Shown piece by piece: positions 48,027 through 56,974 of a DNA stretch of 64,000 bases. Both the position numbers and the translations under genes were made by a program. Location: positions 19,639-83,638 of the forward strand of contig JABGPL010000003.1 of the NCBI GenBank assembly GCA_018644935.1, in the 5' to 3' direction. The notes below the pieces were generated by a model that saw only the letters and a program-made list of their open reading frames with translations, searched no databases and was not told where the DNA came from. Origin of the DNA: Calditrichota bacterium (GTDB lineage: Bacteria; Electryoneota; AABM5-125-24; Hatepunaeales; Hatepunaeaceae). Numbering within the stretch: position 1 is the first letter of the stretch; each line of letters starts with the position of its first letter.

Positions 48027-49069
48027 TGAAAACAGAAAAGAAACAAGATCACATAAGCGTCTCTGCAGTTGTCGTTACCTGGAACTCAATACGGGATATT
48101 GAGTTTTGTCTTAATAGTTTACTGACCCAAACAGTCAAACTAAAAACAATTCTGATTATCGACAACGCGTCTCAAGATGGGACACCAGATTTAATCAGAC
48201 AAAAATTTCCGACAGTTGAACTTGAAGAGCGGGAGAATAACGAGGGATTTGCTCGAGGGAATAACATCGGTTTCGCCAAATCTGACACAAACTGGATTCT
48301 GACATTAAATCCCGATGCATGTATATCCCCGGACTTCGTTTCAGTTCTGCTTGAAGCAGCGGAAAGCAATCCAAAATTGGGAATGATCGGCGGGAAACTG
48401 CTCCGTGTCAATGATCTGGATGCAGGCTCCAATGGAACTCACAAATCTAAAATCATCGACTCAACCGGAATTGAGATTTTCAAGAGCCGACGTGTCCGCG
48501 ACCGTGGCATGGGTGAGGAAGATCACGGTCAGTATGACAGTGACGAAAGGGTATTCGGAATTTGCGCAGGTGCAGCATTGTACAAACGGGAAATGCTTCG
48601 GGATGTTGCAATTTCAGGTGAAATCTTCCCTGAGCGATTTTTCGCATACTACGAAGATGCCGATCTCGCATGGCGCGCATGGCGACGAGGTTGGGAGGCG
48701 TGGTTTATCCCAAAGGCTGTTGGATGGCATCGTCGTGGAGGATCCTCCACGGGGAGTAGATATTCACGCGAACTGACCCATCGCAATCGACTGTGGATGA
48801 TAACCAGAAATGAACCCTTGAGCCAGACTCTATCCAATTTTCCAACATTTATCCTCCACGAAATCCTGATGTTCCTGCGAATGCTTCGTTTTCCGTATTT
48901 ATTCCAAGCAAGCTTCAAGGCTTTTAGTGGCTGGGCAGGATCTGTTCAGGAGCGGATGAAATTGATGGATACGAGTTCTGATAGTCCTCCGTTTAAGTCA
49001 GGAATCGGATTTGAAGCAGGCAAGATCAAGCAATCTGTAGCGAACAGTTTATCAAAGTTCAGCGGGTAG
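48026..49069 (+). CDS. family-2 glycosyltransferase
   Basis: VSAVVVTWNS...IIDNASQDGT...NEGFARGNN...LNPDA are typical soluble GT2 (rhamnosyltransferase-like) motifs. Confidence 0.8.
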   Translation: MKTEKKQDHISVSAVVVTWNSIRDIEFCLNSLLTQTVKLKTILIIDNASQDGTPDLIRQKFPTVELEERENNEGFARGNNIGFAKSDTNWILTLNPDACISPDFVSVLLEAAESNPKLGMIGGKLLRVNDLDAGSNGTHKSKIIDSTGIEIFKSRRVRDRGMGEEDHGQYDSDERVFGICAGAALYKREMLRDVAISGEIFPERFFAYYEDADLAWRAWRRGWEAWFIPKAVGWHRRGGSSTGSRYSRELTHRNRLWMITRNEPLSQTLSNFPTFILHEILMFLRMLRFPYLFQASFKAFSGWAGSVQERMKLMDTSSDSPPFKSGIGFEAGKIKQSVANSLSKFSG

Positions 49070-49280
49070 ATTGTAGCATGTTCTGAATGAAATGGTTACT
49101 TTAGTTTGTATTGTGTAGCAGGCGGCGGTTCGGAAAAACAGCTTATTGGGTCGTTATCTCGAGTTATACTTAGTACGAGCGCTGTGCCCTTACATAGCTG
49201 GTACTATTCCCTCACGATACGAAAACAGTAACAGGCAAACAACTTTTCAAAAACATAAACCCGAAAACAGCATTAGAGAA

Positions 49281-50357
49281 ATGTCCAAACTTAATAAAAC
49301 TTCTGAACGAAATGCTGGCAATGGCGGAGTCGGCAGTTCAATGATAGTTCCCCCGCCAACGGTAGAATTTACTCGTGGATCGATAGTTGAATCAGTGCAT
49401 CGGGCTCATGTCGCGATTGTTGACAGCCATGGTGAATTGGTTTACTCGCTGGGCGACCCCGATTTTGTAACATTCATGCGCTCTTCGGCAAAACCACTGC
49501 AAACGTTATCAGCAGTTATGTCGGGCGCAGTCGATGAATATAAACTCACTGATGCCGAGACATCGATGTTAAGCGGATCCCATGGTGGAGAACCTTATCA
49601 GGTTGAAACCGTCGAATCGATCCTTAACAAAGGCGGGCTTGATCCGTCGTACCTGCAATGCGGGACGCATCCTCCGCTGGACGCAAAAGCCAAAATGGAT
49701 CTTATTCATGCAGGGAAAAAGCCTCAGCCGATTCACCATAATTGCTCCGGCAAGCATGCCGGGATGTTGATTACAACGAAATTCATGGGTGAACCGCTCG
49801 ATAAATATCTCGATATGGACAGCAAGGTTCAGCAGCAAATTTCCGGATATATCGGGACGCTGGCGGATATTCCTCCTGATAGTTTCGAAATGGGGCTAGA
49901 TGGATGTTCGGCACCTGTACATGGATTCTCGCTAAGGGCAGCAGCCTATGCTTTTGCGCGGTTGCTGGATCCATCTGACCTTGACTCTGACCTCGCTACA
50001 GCTTCACGTAGGGTAACGCGGACGATGCGAGCATATCCTGAGATGATCGGAGCTCAGAATGACAGAATTTGTACGGAATTATTGCGCGCCGGTCGAATAT
50101 TTGAATTAACCGCCAAGGGTGGTGCAGAGGGGTACTATTCTGCTGCCTGGCGGGATACAAAAACCGGACGCGCCTTAGGGCTCGCTGTGAAGCTTGAGGA
50201 CGGAATTGAACGAGCACGCAGCCCACTTGTAATCGCATTGCTGCAAAAATTTGGTGTTTTGCCGAATGAACTCAGCCAAAGCCTCAAACCATTCGCTCCA
50301 GGTATAATTCACAACAGCCGGAGAGAGGAAATCGGATATATTAAAATCAGGATTTAA
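49281..50357 (+). CDS. asparaginase-II (PF06089-type) family protein
   Basis: MRSSAKPLQ, SGSHGGE and NCSGKHAGML blocks. I prefer ATG 49281 (MSKLNKTSE) to the track start at 49146. Confidence 0.7.
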   Translation: MSKLNKTSERNAGNGGVGSSMIVPPPTVEFTRGSIVESVHRAHVAIVDSHGELVYSLGDPDFVTFMRSSAKPLQTLSAVMSGAVDEYKLTDAETSMLSGSHGGEPYQVETVESILNKGGLDPSYLQCGTHPPLDAKAKMDLIHAGKKPQPIHHNCSGKHAGMLITTKFMGEPLDKYLDMDSKVQQQISGYIGTLADIPPDSFEMGLDGCSAPVHGFSLRAAAYAFARLLDPSDLDSDLATASRRVTRTMRAYPEMIGAQNDRICTELLRAGRIFELTAKGGAEGYYSAAWRDTKTGRALGLAVKLEDGIERARSPLVIALLQKFGVLPNELSQSLKPFAPGIIHNSRREEIGYIKIRI

Positions 50358-50358
50358 G

Positions 50359-51243
50359 ATGGAAACAACCAGCATGCATTGTGGTTCAAATGAAGATAAC
50401 AAACCATACATCAGGCATCCTGCGGTCGCCGGACCTTATGGTTTTTATCCCTCGAAACCTGATGTGCTTCTAAATGATATTCGGAGCTATATTGACGGAG
50501 CCGAGAAATATGGTGAATCCAAGCCGTTTGGTTTGGTCTCACCTCATGCCGGATATGTATACTCCGGTCCGGTTGCAGGTTGGGCATACCGTCAGATAGT
50601 TGACTTCAGTTACAAAACGGTCATAGTCATTTCACCCAGTCATTTTGTCCGATTGCAAAAGGTTTCCGTCATGCCTGCCGGTGCTTATCAAACTCCACTG
50701 GGAAATGTTGAAATTGATTCCGAACTTGCCTCGCGACTTGTTGAACTGGGTGGAGAAGGCATGGAGCTTTCACTAAATGGGCACTTAAACTCCGGAATGG
50801 GATCTGTTGAACATGCCCTTGAAGTGCAATTACCTTTCCTTCAGGTTGTTCTGGGTGACTTCAAACTCGTCCCGATTATTATTGGGAACACTGGCTGGGA
50901 TCTTTGTCGGCAACTAGGCAGAGCGTTAGCTGAGGTTGTTGATGATGACATATTAATAGTTGCCTCAAGCGATTTATCGCATTTTCATCCATACAAGCAG
51001 GCTATGACCATTGACCAGAATGTTATTAATGCTATTCAAGCTGGAGATGGTGCGACAATAGCAGAGGGCTGCCGAGCAGGAGCTCTTGAAGCTTGCGGAG
51101 GGACTCCAATCGCGTCACTGCTTGCTGCTGCTAAGGAAAATGAAAAAACTCAAATTGAAATTCTTCGGCACGCCAATTCCGGGGATGTACCCGGAGGATC
51201 AAAAGATCAGGTCGTGGGATATCTTGCCGCAGCGGTGTATTAA
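50359..51243 (+). CDS. AmmeMemoRadiSam system protein B (MEMO1-like)
   Basis: RHPAVAGPYGFYP...VSPHAGYVYSGPVAGWAY...SSDLSHF. Confidence 0.85.
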   Translation: METTSMHCGSNEDNKPYIRHPAVAGPYGFYPSKPDVLLNDIRSYIDGAEKYGESKPFGLVSPHAGYVYSGPVAGWAYRQIVDFSYKTVIVISPSHFVRLQKVSVMPAGAYQTPLGNVEIDSELASRLVELGGEGMELSLNGHLNSGMGSVEHALEVQLPFLQVVLGDFKLVPIIIGNTGWDLCRQLGRALAEVVDDDILIVASSDLSHFHPYKQAMTIDQNVINAIQAGDGATIAEGCRAGALEACGGTPIASLLAAAKENEKTQIEILRHANSGDVPGGSKDQVVGYLAAAVY

Positions 51244-51254
51244 TTGGGAGTACA

Positions 51255-51833
51255 TTGGAAAACGACAAAAACCATAAAGGACCGGGAGTTGAGCTGACCG
51301 AAAAAGAGCAGGAGATACTGCTGGAACTTGCCCGGAACGCCATAGTACAGAAGCTCCAGCCAGACTCAGCGGGTGTAACGCTATCAGAAGATTATCCAGT
51401 CCTGAAAGAAGAGCGAGGGTTGTTTGTTACTTTGCACAAGAACTCAGCACTGCGTGGCTGCATTGGTCACCTGAAACCGATGGCACCATTATTAGATGAA
51501 GTTCAGAACCTTGCAAAATTAGCAGCGTTCGAAGATCCTCGATTTCCTTCAGTATCTATAAATGAGGTGGCCGATCTCCACCTTGAGATAACTATCCTGA
51601 GTCCGATGTATAGAATTGACGACCCGGAAACAGTAATTCCTGGAAAACATGGATTGTTGATTAGTCGTGGATATTATCAGGGAATACTGTTGCCGCAGGT
51701 TGCTTCAGAACGCGGATGGGATAGAGAAACATTTCTGGAGCAAACTTGCATTAAGGCGGGTCTCAGACCAGATGACTGGAGAAAAAGCGACACAGAAATC
51801 AGCGTTTTTACAGCTTATATCTTTTCCGAATAA
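51255..51833 (+). CDS. AmmeMemoRadiSam system protein A (AMMECR1 domain)
   Basis: GLFVTLHKNSALRGCIGHL...FEDPRFP...LEITILSP...GLLISRGYYQGILLPQVA. Confidence 0.85.
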   Translation: MENDKNHKGPGVELTEKEQEILLELARNAIVQKLQPDSAGVTLSEDYPVLKEERGLFVTLHKNSALRGCIGHLKPMAPLLDEVQNLAKLAAFEDPRFPSVSINEVADLHLEITILSPMYRIDDPETVIPGKHGLLISRGYYQGILLPQVASERGWDRETFLEQTCIKAGLRPDDWRKSDTEISVFTAYIFSE

Positions 51834-51904
51834 AATTTCATTCAAAAACACAAGAAATGTGTGCTGCTTTCCCCGATATTGGAGCTTAAGCGGGAGGCCG
51901 GAAC

Positions 51905-51933
51905 TTGACTTGTAATTGACTTGAAGCTATATT
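51905..51933 (+). promoter_or_regulatory. candidate promoter TTGACT-17-TATATT with adjacent palindrome
   Basis: TTGACTTG is duplicated (51905-51912, 51916-51923). The palindrome AGCTATA-TTT-TATAGCT (51925-51941) overlaps the -10 candidate. It lies about 60 nt upstream of the B12-binding gene. Pattern match only. Confidence 0.35.
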
Positions 51934-51991
51934 TTATAGCTGTAAGCTAAAAGTAGGTTCAAAAAAACGCAGTATAAAGCTGCTGTTATCC

Positions 51992-52432
51992 TTGGAGGAT
52001 AGAGTTATCGGCTCAGAACGAAAAATCAGGGTAATCATCGCAAAGCCAGGTCTTGATGGTCATGATCGCGGTGCAAAGGTAATGGCTTCTGCTTTCCGTG
52101 ACGCAGGTATGGAGGTCATCTATCTCGGACTAAGGCAGACTCCGGAAATGATTGTCGAAGCAGCACTACAGGAAGATGCGGATGTCATTGCACTTTCGAT
52201 TCTCTCCGGGGCACATATGACAATTTTCCCTCGGGTTAAAAAGATAATGGATGAAAAGGGGCTCAGAGATGTCCTCTTGACTGGTGGTGGTATTATTCCC
52301 CAGGAAGAGATGGATGAACTTTCCAGTATTGGTGTCGGAAAACTCTTCGGACCCGGAACTTCAGTTAGCGAACCGATTGATTATGTGACACAATGGGTCA
52401 CAGACAATCGGTTTTCCACAATAGATAATTAA
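51992..52432 (+). CDS. cobalamin (B12)-binding domain protein (methylmalonyl-CoA mutase small subunit-like)
   Basis: [19 protein letters not shown] (DxHxxG)...[11 protein letters not shown]...[12 protein letters not shown] start. Confidence 0.85.
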   Translation: MEDRVIGSERKIRVIIAKPGLDGHDRGAKVMASAFRDAGMEVIYLGLRQTPEMIVEAALQEDADVIALSILSGAHMTIFPRVKKIMDEKGLRDVLLTGGGIIPQEEMDELSSIGVGKLFGPGTSVSEPIDYVTQWVTDNRFSTIDN

Positions 52433-52444
52433 TCGGGAGTTATT

Positions 52445-53191
52445 ATGTCCGGTCATTCTAAATGGGCTACGATTAAGCGCAAGAAGGGGAAAACCGATGC
52501 CGCGCGCGGTAAGGTTTTCTCAAAGTTGATTAAAGAAATTACCATCGCCGCTCGGATGGGGGGAGGAGACGAAAGCAGCAATCCTCGCTTGCGGACAGCG
52601 ATCCTTCTTGCAAAGGGCTCCAACATGCCCGCCACAAACATCGAACGCGCTATTAAAAAGGGCACTGGTGATCTTCCTGGCGTAAATTATGAAGAAGTTA
52701 CTTACGAGGCATATGGTCCGGGGGGAACTGCGTTTCTGTTGGAAGTTTTTACTGACAGTCGGAATCGAACAGTCAGTGAGGTACGTCACCTGATAGGTAA
52801 AAACAACGGTAATATGGCAGAGGCTGGTGCCGTTAGCTGGATGTTCAGCCGAGTTGGGCAAATAGGAATACCAGCTGAAGGTATTGATGAAGATGAAGTA
52901 ATGATGGCTGCGCTTGAAGCCGGTGCTGACGACGTTAAGCATGAAGAAGATTATTTCGTGGTTACAATGGCCCCTGAACTACTTGAAGATGTTCGAGAGG
53001 GTATAACCAAAGAAGGTTTTACCATTGAAACTGCTGAAATTGCCATGGTTCCTCAAACCGAAGTCAGAGTTGAGGGTTCACTGGGCAAGCAGAACATCAG
53101 GTTGTTTGACCTTCTCGAGGACCATGACGATATTCAACAGGTCTGGACGAACGCTGATATTGACGAAGCTTTGTACGAAGAAGAAGAGTGA
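52445..53191 (+). CDS. YebC/PmpR-family DNA-binding transcriptional regulator
   Basis: MSGHSKWATIKRKKGKTDAARGKVFSKLIKEITIAAR is the family N-terminus. Confidence 0.9.
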   Translation: MSGHSKWATIKRKKGKTDAARGKVFSKLIKEITIAARMGGGDESSNPRLRTAILLAKGSNMPATNIERAIKKGTGDLPGVNYEEVTYEAYGPGGTAFLLEVFTDSRNRTVSEVRHLIGKNNGNMAEAGAVSWMFSRVGQIGIPAEGIDEDEVMMAALEAGADDVKHEEDYFVVTMAPELLEDVREGITKEGFTIETAEIAMVPQTEVRVEGSLGKQNIRLFDLLEDHDDIQQVWTNADIDEALYEEEE

Positions 53192-53667
53192 TAATAGCTG
53201 GTGTCGATCCGGGTCTGGCTGCTACAGGTTATGGAGTTATCGAACAAATCGGTAATAGAATCACCCCCCTCGAATGGGGGGTGATACGCTCTGGCGAAGG
53301 AACACTTGCCGACCGACTACAGAAAATCCACAATCGACTAGTTGACGTCTTCGAAAATCACAATCCGGACTTGATAGGTGTAGAAGATATTTTTATCGGT
53401 CAGAATCCTCGAAGTGCCCTGATGCTTGGTCATGCGAGAGGTGTAATACTTCTGGCAGCGGCTTCAAGGGAATGCCGGGTTTATGAATATCCAGCAAGAT
53501 CGGTGAAACAATCTGTTGTCGGTAATGGTGGTGCCAGAAAGGAGCAGGTCAGGTTTATGGTTAGTCGTCTCCTTGGAACCGGAGAAAAAAAAATCGCGAT
53601 GGATGCCTCCGATGCTCTTGCCGTTGCGATATGCTGCTCTATGCGAAATGGTACAAATAAAGTTTAG
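53188..53667 (+). CDS. ruvC: crossover junction endodeoxyribonuclease RuvC
   Basis: IIAGVDPGLAATGYGVIE...VEDIFIGQNPRSALMLGHARGV...DASDALAVAIC. The GTG start overlaps the yebC-like stop. Confidence 0.9.
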   Translation: MIIAGVDPGLAATGYGVIEQIGNRITPLEWGVIRSGEGTLADRLQKIHNRLVDVFENHNPDLIGVEDIFIGQNPRSALMLGHARGVILLAAASRECRVYEYPARSVKQSVVGNGGARKEQVRFMVSRLLGTGEKKIAMDASDALAVAICCSMRNGTNKV

Positions 53668-53712
53668 TGTATGCGATGCAAATCCAATTCACTCCATTTG
53701 TCCATAGATAAT

Positions 53713-54792
53713 ATGCGATTGCCAATCTACATTTTATTGATTCTAATCTCTGCTCAAATTCTATTTGCTGCAAACCCACGATGTTATCAATGCAACTTAA
53801 AAATCCAGCAAACGTACATTGAATATAATGACAATGTTTATCATCCAGCGTGCTATGAAGCAACGGCAGATAGATGTGCTGTGTGCAATGTAATACTGAG
53901 CGGTTCAGTGATTGCAATCGAAGGAAAACAATATCATAAAAGTTGTTATGAGGATTCGGTTGCAGAGCATTGTGGTGTATGCGAAAAGCCAATACTGAGC
54001 GCGATTATTGAGTATGAGGGGGGACATTATCACGAGGAATGTTATATAAACTCCGTCTTACCACGTTGTGCTGTTTGTGATGAGCCATTGCGAGAAGAGT
54101 ATCGTGTGGATTACTGGGGAAACAACACACACAAGCGTCATGAGGATGAATATTCTCCTTGCGAATCTTGTGGAAGGTTAATCTCAGATAGATTAACCGG
54201 AGGTGGAGTCACTATTGATGACGACCGAAGAATCTGCGGAATATGTTTTAGCACTGCGATATTTGATGATGTTGAAACCAAGGTGCTGGCAAAAAAAGTA
54301 AGTTACGACCTCGCCTACTACGGTATAAAAATAGACATGAATGATATACCTGTTATCCTTACAGATCCACAAGAGCTTGCAAGATTAACCGGGCGTATAG
54401 GTGAATCGAATGAACTTGGATTAGCGAAGAGTGAAAAGATAACTCGCGCTGGTAATGTGATTAATCGCAGTGATTCCGTTTATGCTATTTATGGCCTGCC
54501 TGAAAGAGTTCTTGAGGGCGTTCTAGCTCATGAAATGATGCACGTCTGGATGGCACATAACGCCAAAGAAAAGCCCTCACAAGCTGTCGTCGAGGGTGTT
54601 TCTAACTACGCATCATTTTTAATCTACAATTCCAGAAACGATTCTATGGCGAGAATGCTAATCGACAACCTGCAGGCGGATCCAGATTCAATCTACGGAG
54701 ATGGGTACAGACAGGTGTCGAAATTTGTAGAGCAAAGTGGACTAAAAGAGTTGCTGGATGGGTTGAGGCATGGTACTTTAGATCTCAAGTAG
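53713..54792 (+). CDS. LIM-type zinc-finger repeat protein with DA1-like zinc metallopeptidase domain
   Basis: Three C-x2-C...YH-x2-CY half-LIM units (CYQC..YHPACY, CAVC..YHKSCY, CGVC..YHEECY) are followed by CAVC...HKRHEDEYSPCESC...ICGICF and then YGLPERVLEGVLAHEMMHVWM. I prefer ATG 53713 with the hydrophobic N-terminus MRLPIYILLILISAQILFA. Confidence 0.7.
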   Translation: MRLPIYILLILISAQILFAANPRCYQCNLKIQQTYIEYNDNVYHPACYEATADRCAVCNVILSGSVIAIEGKQYHKSCYEDSVAEHCGVCEKPILSAIIEYEGGHYHEECYINSVLPRCAVCDEPLREEYRVDYWGNNTHKRHEDEYSPCESCGRLISDRLTGGGVTIDDDRRICGICFSTAIFDDVETKVLAKKVSYDLAYYGIKIDMNDIPVILTDPQELARLTGRIGESNELGLAKSEKITRAGNVINRSDSVYAIYGLPERVLEGVLAHEMMHVWMAHNAKEKPSQAVVEGVSNYASFLIYNSRNDSMARMLIDNLQADPDSIYGDGYRQVSKFVEQSGLKELLDGLRHGTLDLK

Positions 54793-54828
54793 GTTTATTT
54801 TAAAACAAAAATATATTGGAGTAAAACA

Positions 54829-55572
54829 ATGGCACTAAAAGACAGAGTAGTCCTTGTCACCGGGGCGGGGCGAGGCATTGGTGCAACAACAGCAAAGATG
54901 TTCGCCGAAGCTGGAGCAAAGGTCGTATGTGCTGACATTAATGTTGATTTCGTTGATGAAGTAGTAGAAGAACTGAAAACCTCTGATCTGAAGGCGAGCG
55001 CAGCTCAGGTTGATGTAGCACATAAGGATCAGGTTGCCACTTTGGTCGGACAGATCCTGAAAAAATATGACAGGCTCGATATCCTCATCAATAATGCCGG
55101 GATAACTCGAGATGCATTGGCGATGAAGATGAGCGAGGAACATTGGGATTCTGTCGTTCAGGTTAACCTGAAGGGAACCTGGATTCCCTGTCAGGCGGTA
55201 ATTCGTCCCATGCGCAAGAACCGCTGGGGTCGCATCATTAATACTGCTTCGATTGCTGCACGGGGAAACCCCGGGCAAGCAAACTATTCAGCAACCAAAG
55301 GGGCAGTAATCTCCCTGACACGCACATTGGCACTCGAGCTTGCAACTTCAGGAATCACAGTCAACTGCGTAGCACCGGGCGCAATAATGACCCCAATGCT
55401 GGAAAAAGTCCCGGAAAAGACCCGGGAAGTGTTCATAAACCGAATCCCGGTAAAACGATTCGGGACTCCGGAAGACATAGCCAGCACCCACCTCTTCCTA
55501 TGCAGCGAAGGTGCAGCATATATAACAGGTCAGGTAATTCCGGTAGACGGTGGGATGAGTATCGGAATGTAG
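54829..55572 (+). CDS. fabG: 3-oxoacyl-[ACP] reductase / SDR family oxidoreductase
   Basis: VTGAGRGIG, NNAG, and YSATKGAV (YxxxK). 247 aa. Confidence 0.85.
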   Translation: MALKDRVVLVTGAGRGIGATTAKMFAEAGAKVVCADINVDFVDEVVEELKTSDLKASAAQVDVAHKDQVATLVGQILKKYDRLDILINNAGITRDALAMKMSEEHWDSVVQVNLKGTWIPCQAVIRPMRKNRWGRIINTASIAARGNPGQANYSATKGAVISLTRTLALELATSGITVNCVAPGAIMTPMLEKVPEKTREVFINRIPVKRFGTPEDIASTHLFLCSEGAAYITGQVIPVDGGMSIGM

Positions 55573-55616
55573 GTGGAGAGAAGTATTGTAGGGAACAAAT
55601 TATCGAAATAACGACG

Positions 55617-55919
55617 AACCGTAGGGGCACGTCGCCACGTGCCCTTCACCCTAACAAACCAAAATTAGAACAATTCGGAAAACCAACATCAGACTCAATA
55701 CCAACTATAATCAGGCTGTTCAAATCGGCATGTACTTTACAAATAAATGCATTTCGCAATATGCCTCGTTTTCCCGTTTGGCAAAGAGGATATTATGAAC
55801 ATGTGATTCGAGACGAAAGGGAATTAGAGAAAACCAGAGAATATATTGTGAATAATCCCCTAAAATGGGATTTGGATCGGTTTAATCCGGATAAAATTTC
55901 ACATCCAAACAAGAGGTGA
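55617..55919 (+). pseudogene. 5'-truncated RAYT / IS200-like (Y1) transposase remnant
   Basis: The frame of track ORF 55500-55919 encodes EQFGKPTSDSIPTIIRLFKSACTLQINAFRNMPRFPVWQRGYYEHVIRDERELEKTREYIVNNPLKWDLD. This is the conserved C-terminal part of REP-associated tyrosine transposase-like proteins. The N-terminal HUH-motif half is absent, and the upstream part of the ORF merely overlaps the fabG 3' end out of frame. Confidence 0.65.
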
Positions 55920-55967
55920 GATTGTAGGCAGTCGGAATAGGGCACGTGGAACGAGCCCCTACAATTA

Positions 55968-56816
55968 TTAGCATTTCCCCCTTTTTTCCAAATCCTTCGC
56001 CTCATCCCAAAATACATCCATCTCTTCCAATGTTGCTTCGTCAGTTGTTCTTCCTGTTTCGGCTAATCTTTTTTCGATGTGTTTGAATCTGCGGATGAAT
56101 TTTTCGTTGGCTCCTGTCAGGGCTACTTCGGGGCAATGCTTTACGTATCGGGCGACATTAACTACGACAAAAAGTAAATCACCCAACTCTTCACCGATTT
56201 TTTCGGGATCACCAATCTCAATTGCTTCTTTTAACTCGGCTAACTCTTCATCAACCTTCTCCATAGCACCGTCTATCTCTGGCCATTCAAATCCGACACG
56301 AGCGACCTTTTCCTGGATTTTTCTTGCTCGGACAAGTGCTGGCATTGACATCGGGATTGCATCGAGGCTGTGTTTTTCTTTGCCTTCAGTTCCCTTGGCG
56401 TCGTTCCAGCTTTTCAGGGCTTCTTCCTGATTATTCGCAACTCGCTCGCCGAAGACGTGCTGGTGACGACGTATCAGTTTATCAGCAAGGTCAGAAGCAA
56501 CATCTCCAAGATCAAAAGCACTTCTCTCAGCTGCAATTTCGGCATGGAATATCACCTGCATAAACAGATCACCGAGCTCTTCACGCATTAAATTGTCATC
56601 AGCTAATTTAACGGTGTCGATAAACTCATAGGATTCTTCAAGGAGGTTTTTGAGCAGTGATTCATGTGTCTGCACTTTATCCCAGGGACATCCCCCCGGA
56701 GCACGCAATTGCGACATGATACGAATCACAGTTGATATCTTTTCAAGCATCCCCTCTGGGAGCTCGAATTTGTTTTTCAGGTTGTCAATTATCTGTTGTT
56801 TTGTTTTTGTTAGCAA
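55968..56816 (-). CDS. mazG: nucleoside triphosphate pyrophosphohydrolase MazG
   Basis: GGCPWDKVQTHESL...EESYEF...EELGDLFMQVIFHAEIA...RRHQHVFG, plus a second MazG repeat EELGDLLFVVVNVARY. Confidence 0.9.
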   Translation of the reverse strand: MLTKTKQQIIDNLKNKFELPEGMLEKISTVIRIMSQLRAPGGCPWDKVQTHESLLKNLLEESYEFIDTVKLADDNLMREELGDLFMQVIFHAEIAAERSAFDLGDVASDLADKLIRRHQHVFGERVANNQEEALKSWNDAKGTEGKEKHSLDAIPMSMPALVRARKIQEKVARVGFEWPEIDGAMEKVDEELAELKEAIEIGDPEKIGEELGDLLFVVVNVARYVKHCPEVALTGANEKFIRRFKHIEKRLAETGRTTDEATLEEMDVFWDEAKDLEKRGKC

Positions 56817-56974
56817 AGTTGTCTCGTGTCAAATTTGTTGAAAAGCCAAGCATGCTGGCTTTAGTCGATGAAGGACGGAGTTTCGTAACAGCATTAAAGA
56901 ATATAAAGAAAAGCCCTACCATCTTGCAAAGCGGCAGGGATAAAAGACAACGAAAACAAATGGGATACTTATCC

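Noticed and set aside
55500-55919. The 139-aa track ORF taken as an intact gene
   Set aside because: Its first ~39 codons are out-of-frame overlap with the fabG 3' end and spacer. Only the last ~100 aa resemble a Y1/RAYT transposase, and the HUH-containing N-terminal half is missing. I called it a remnant instead.
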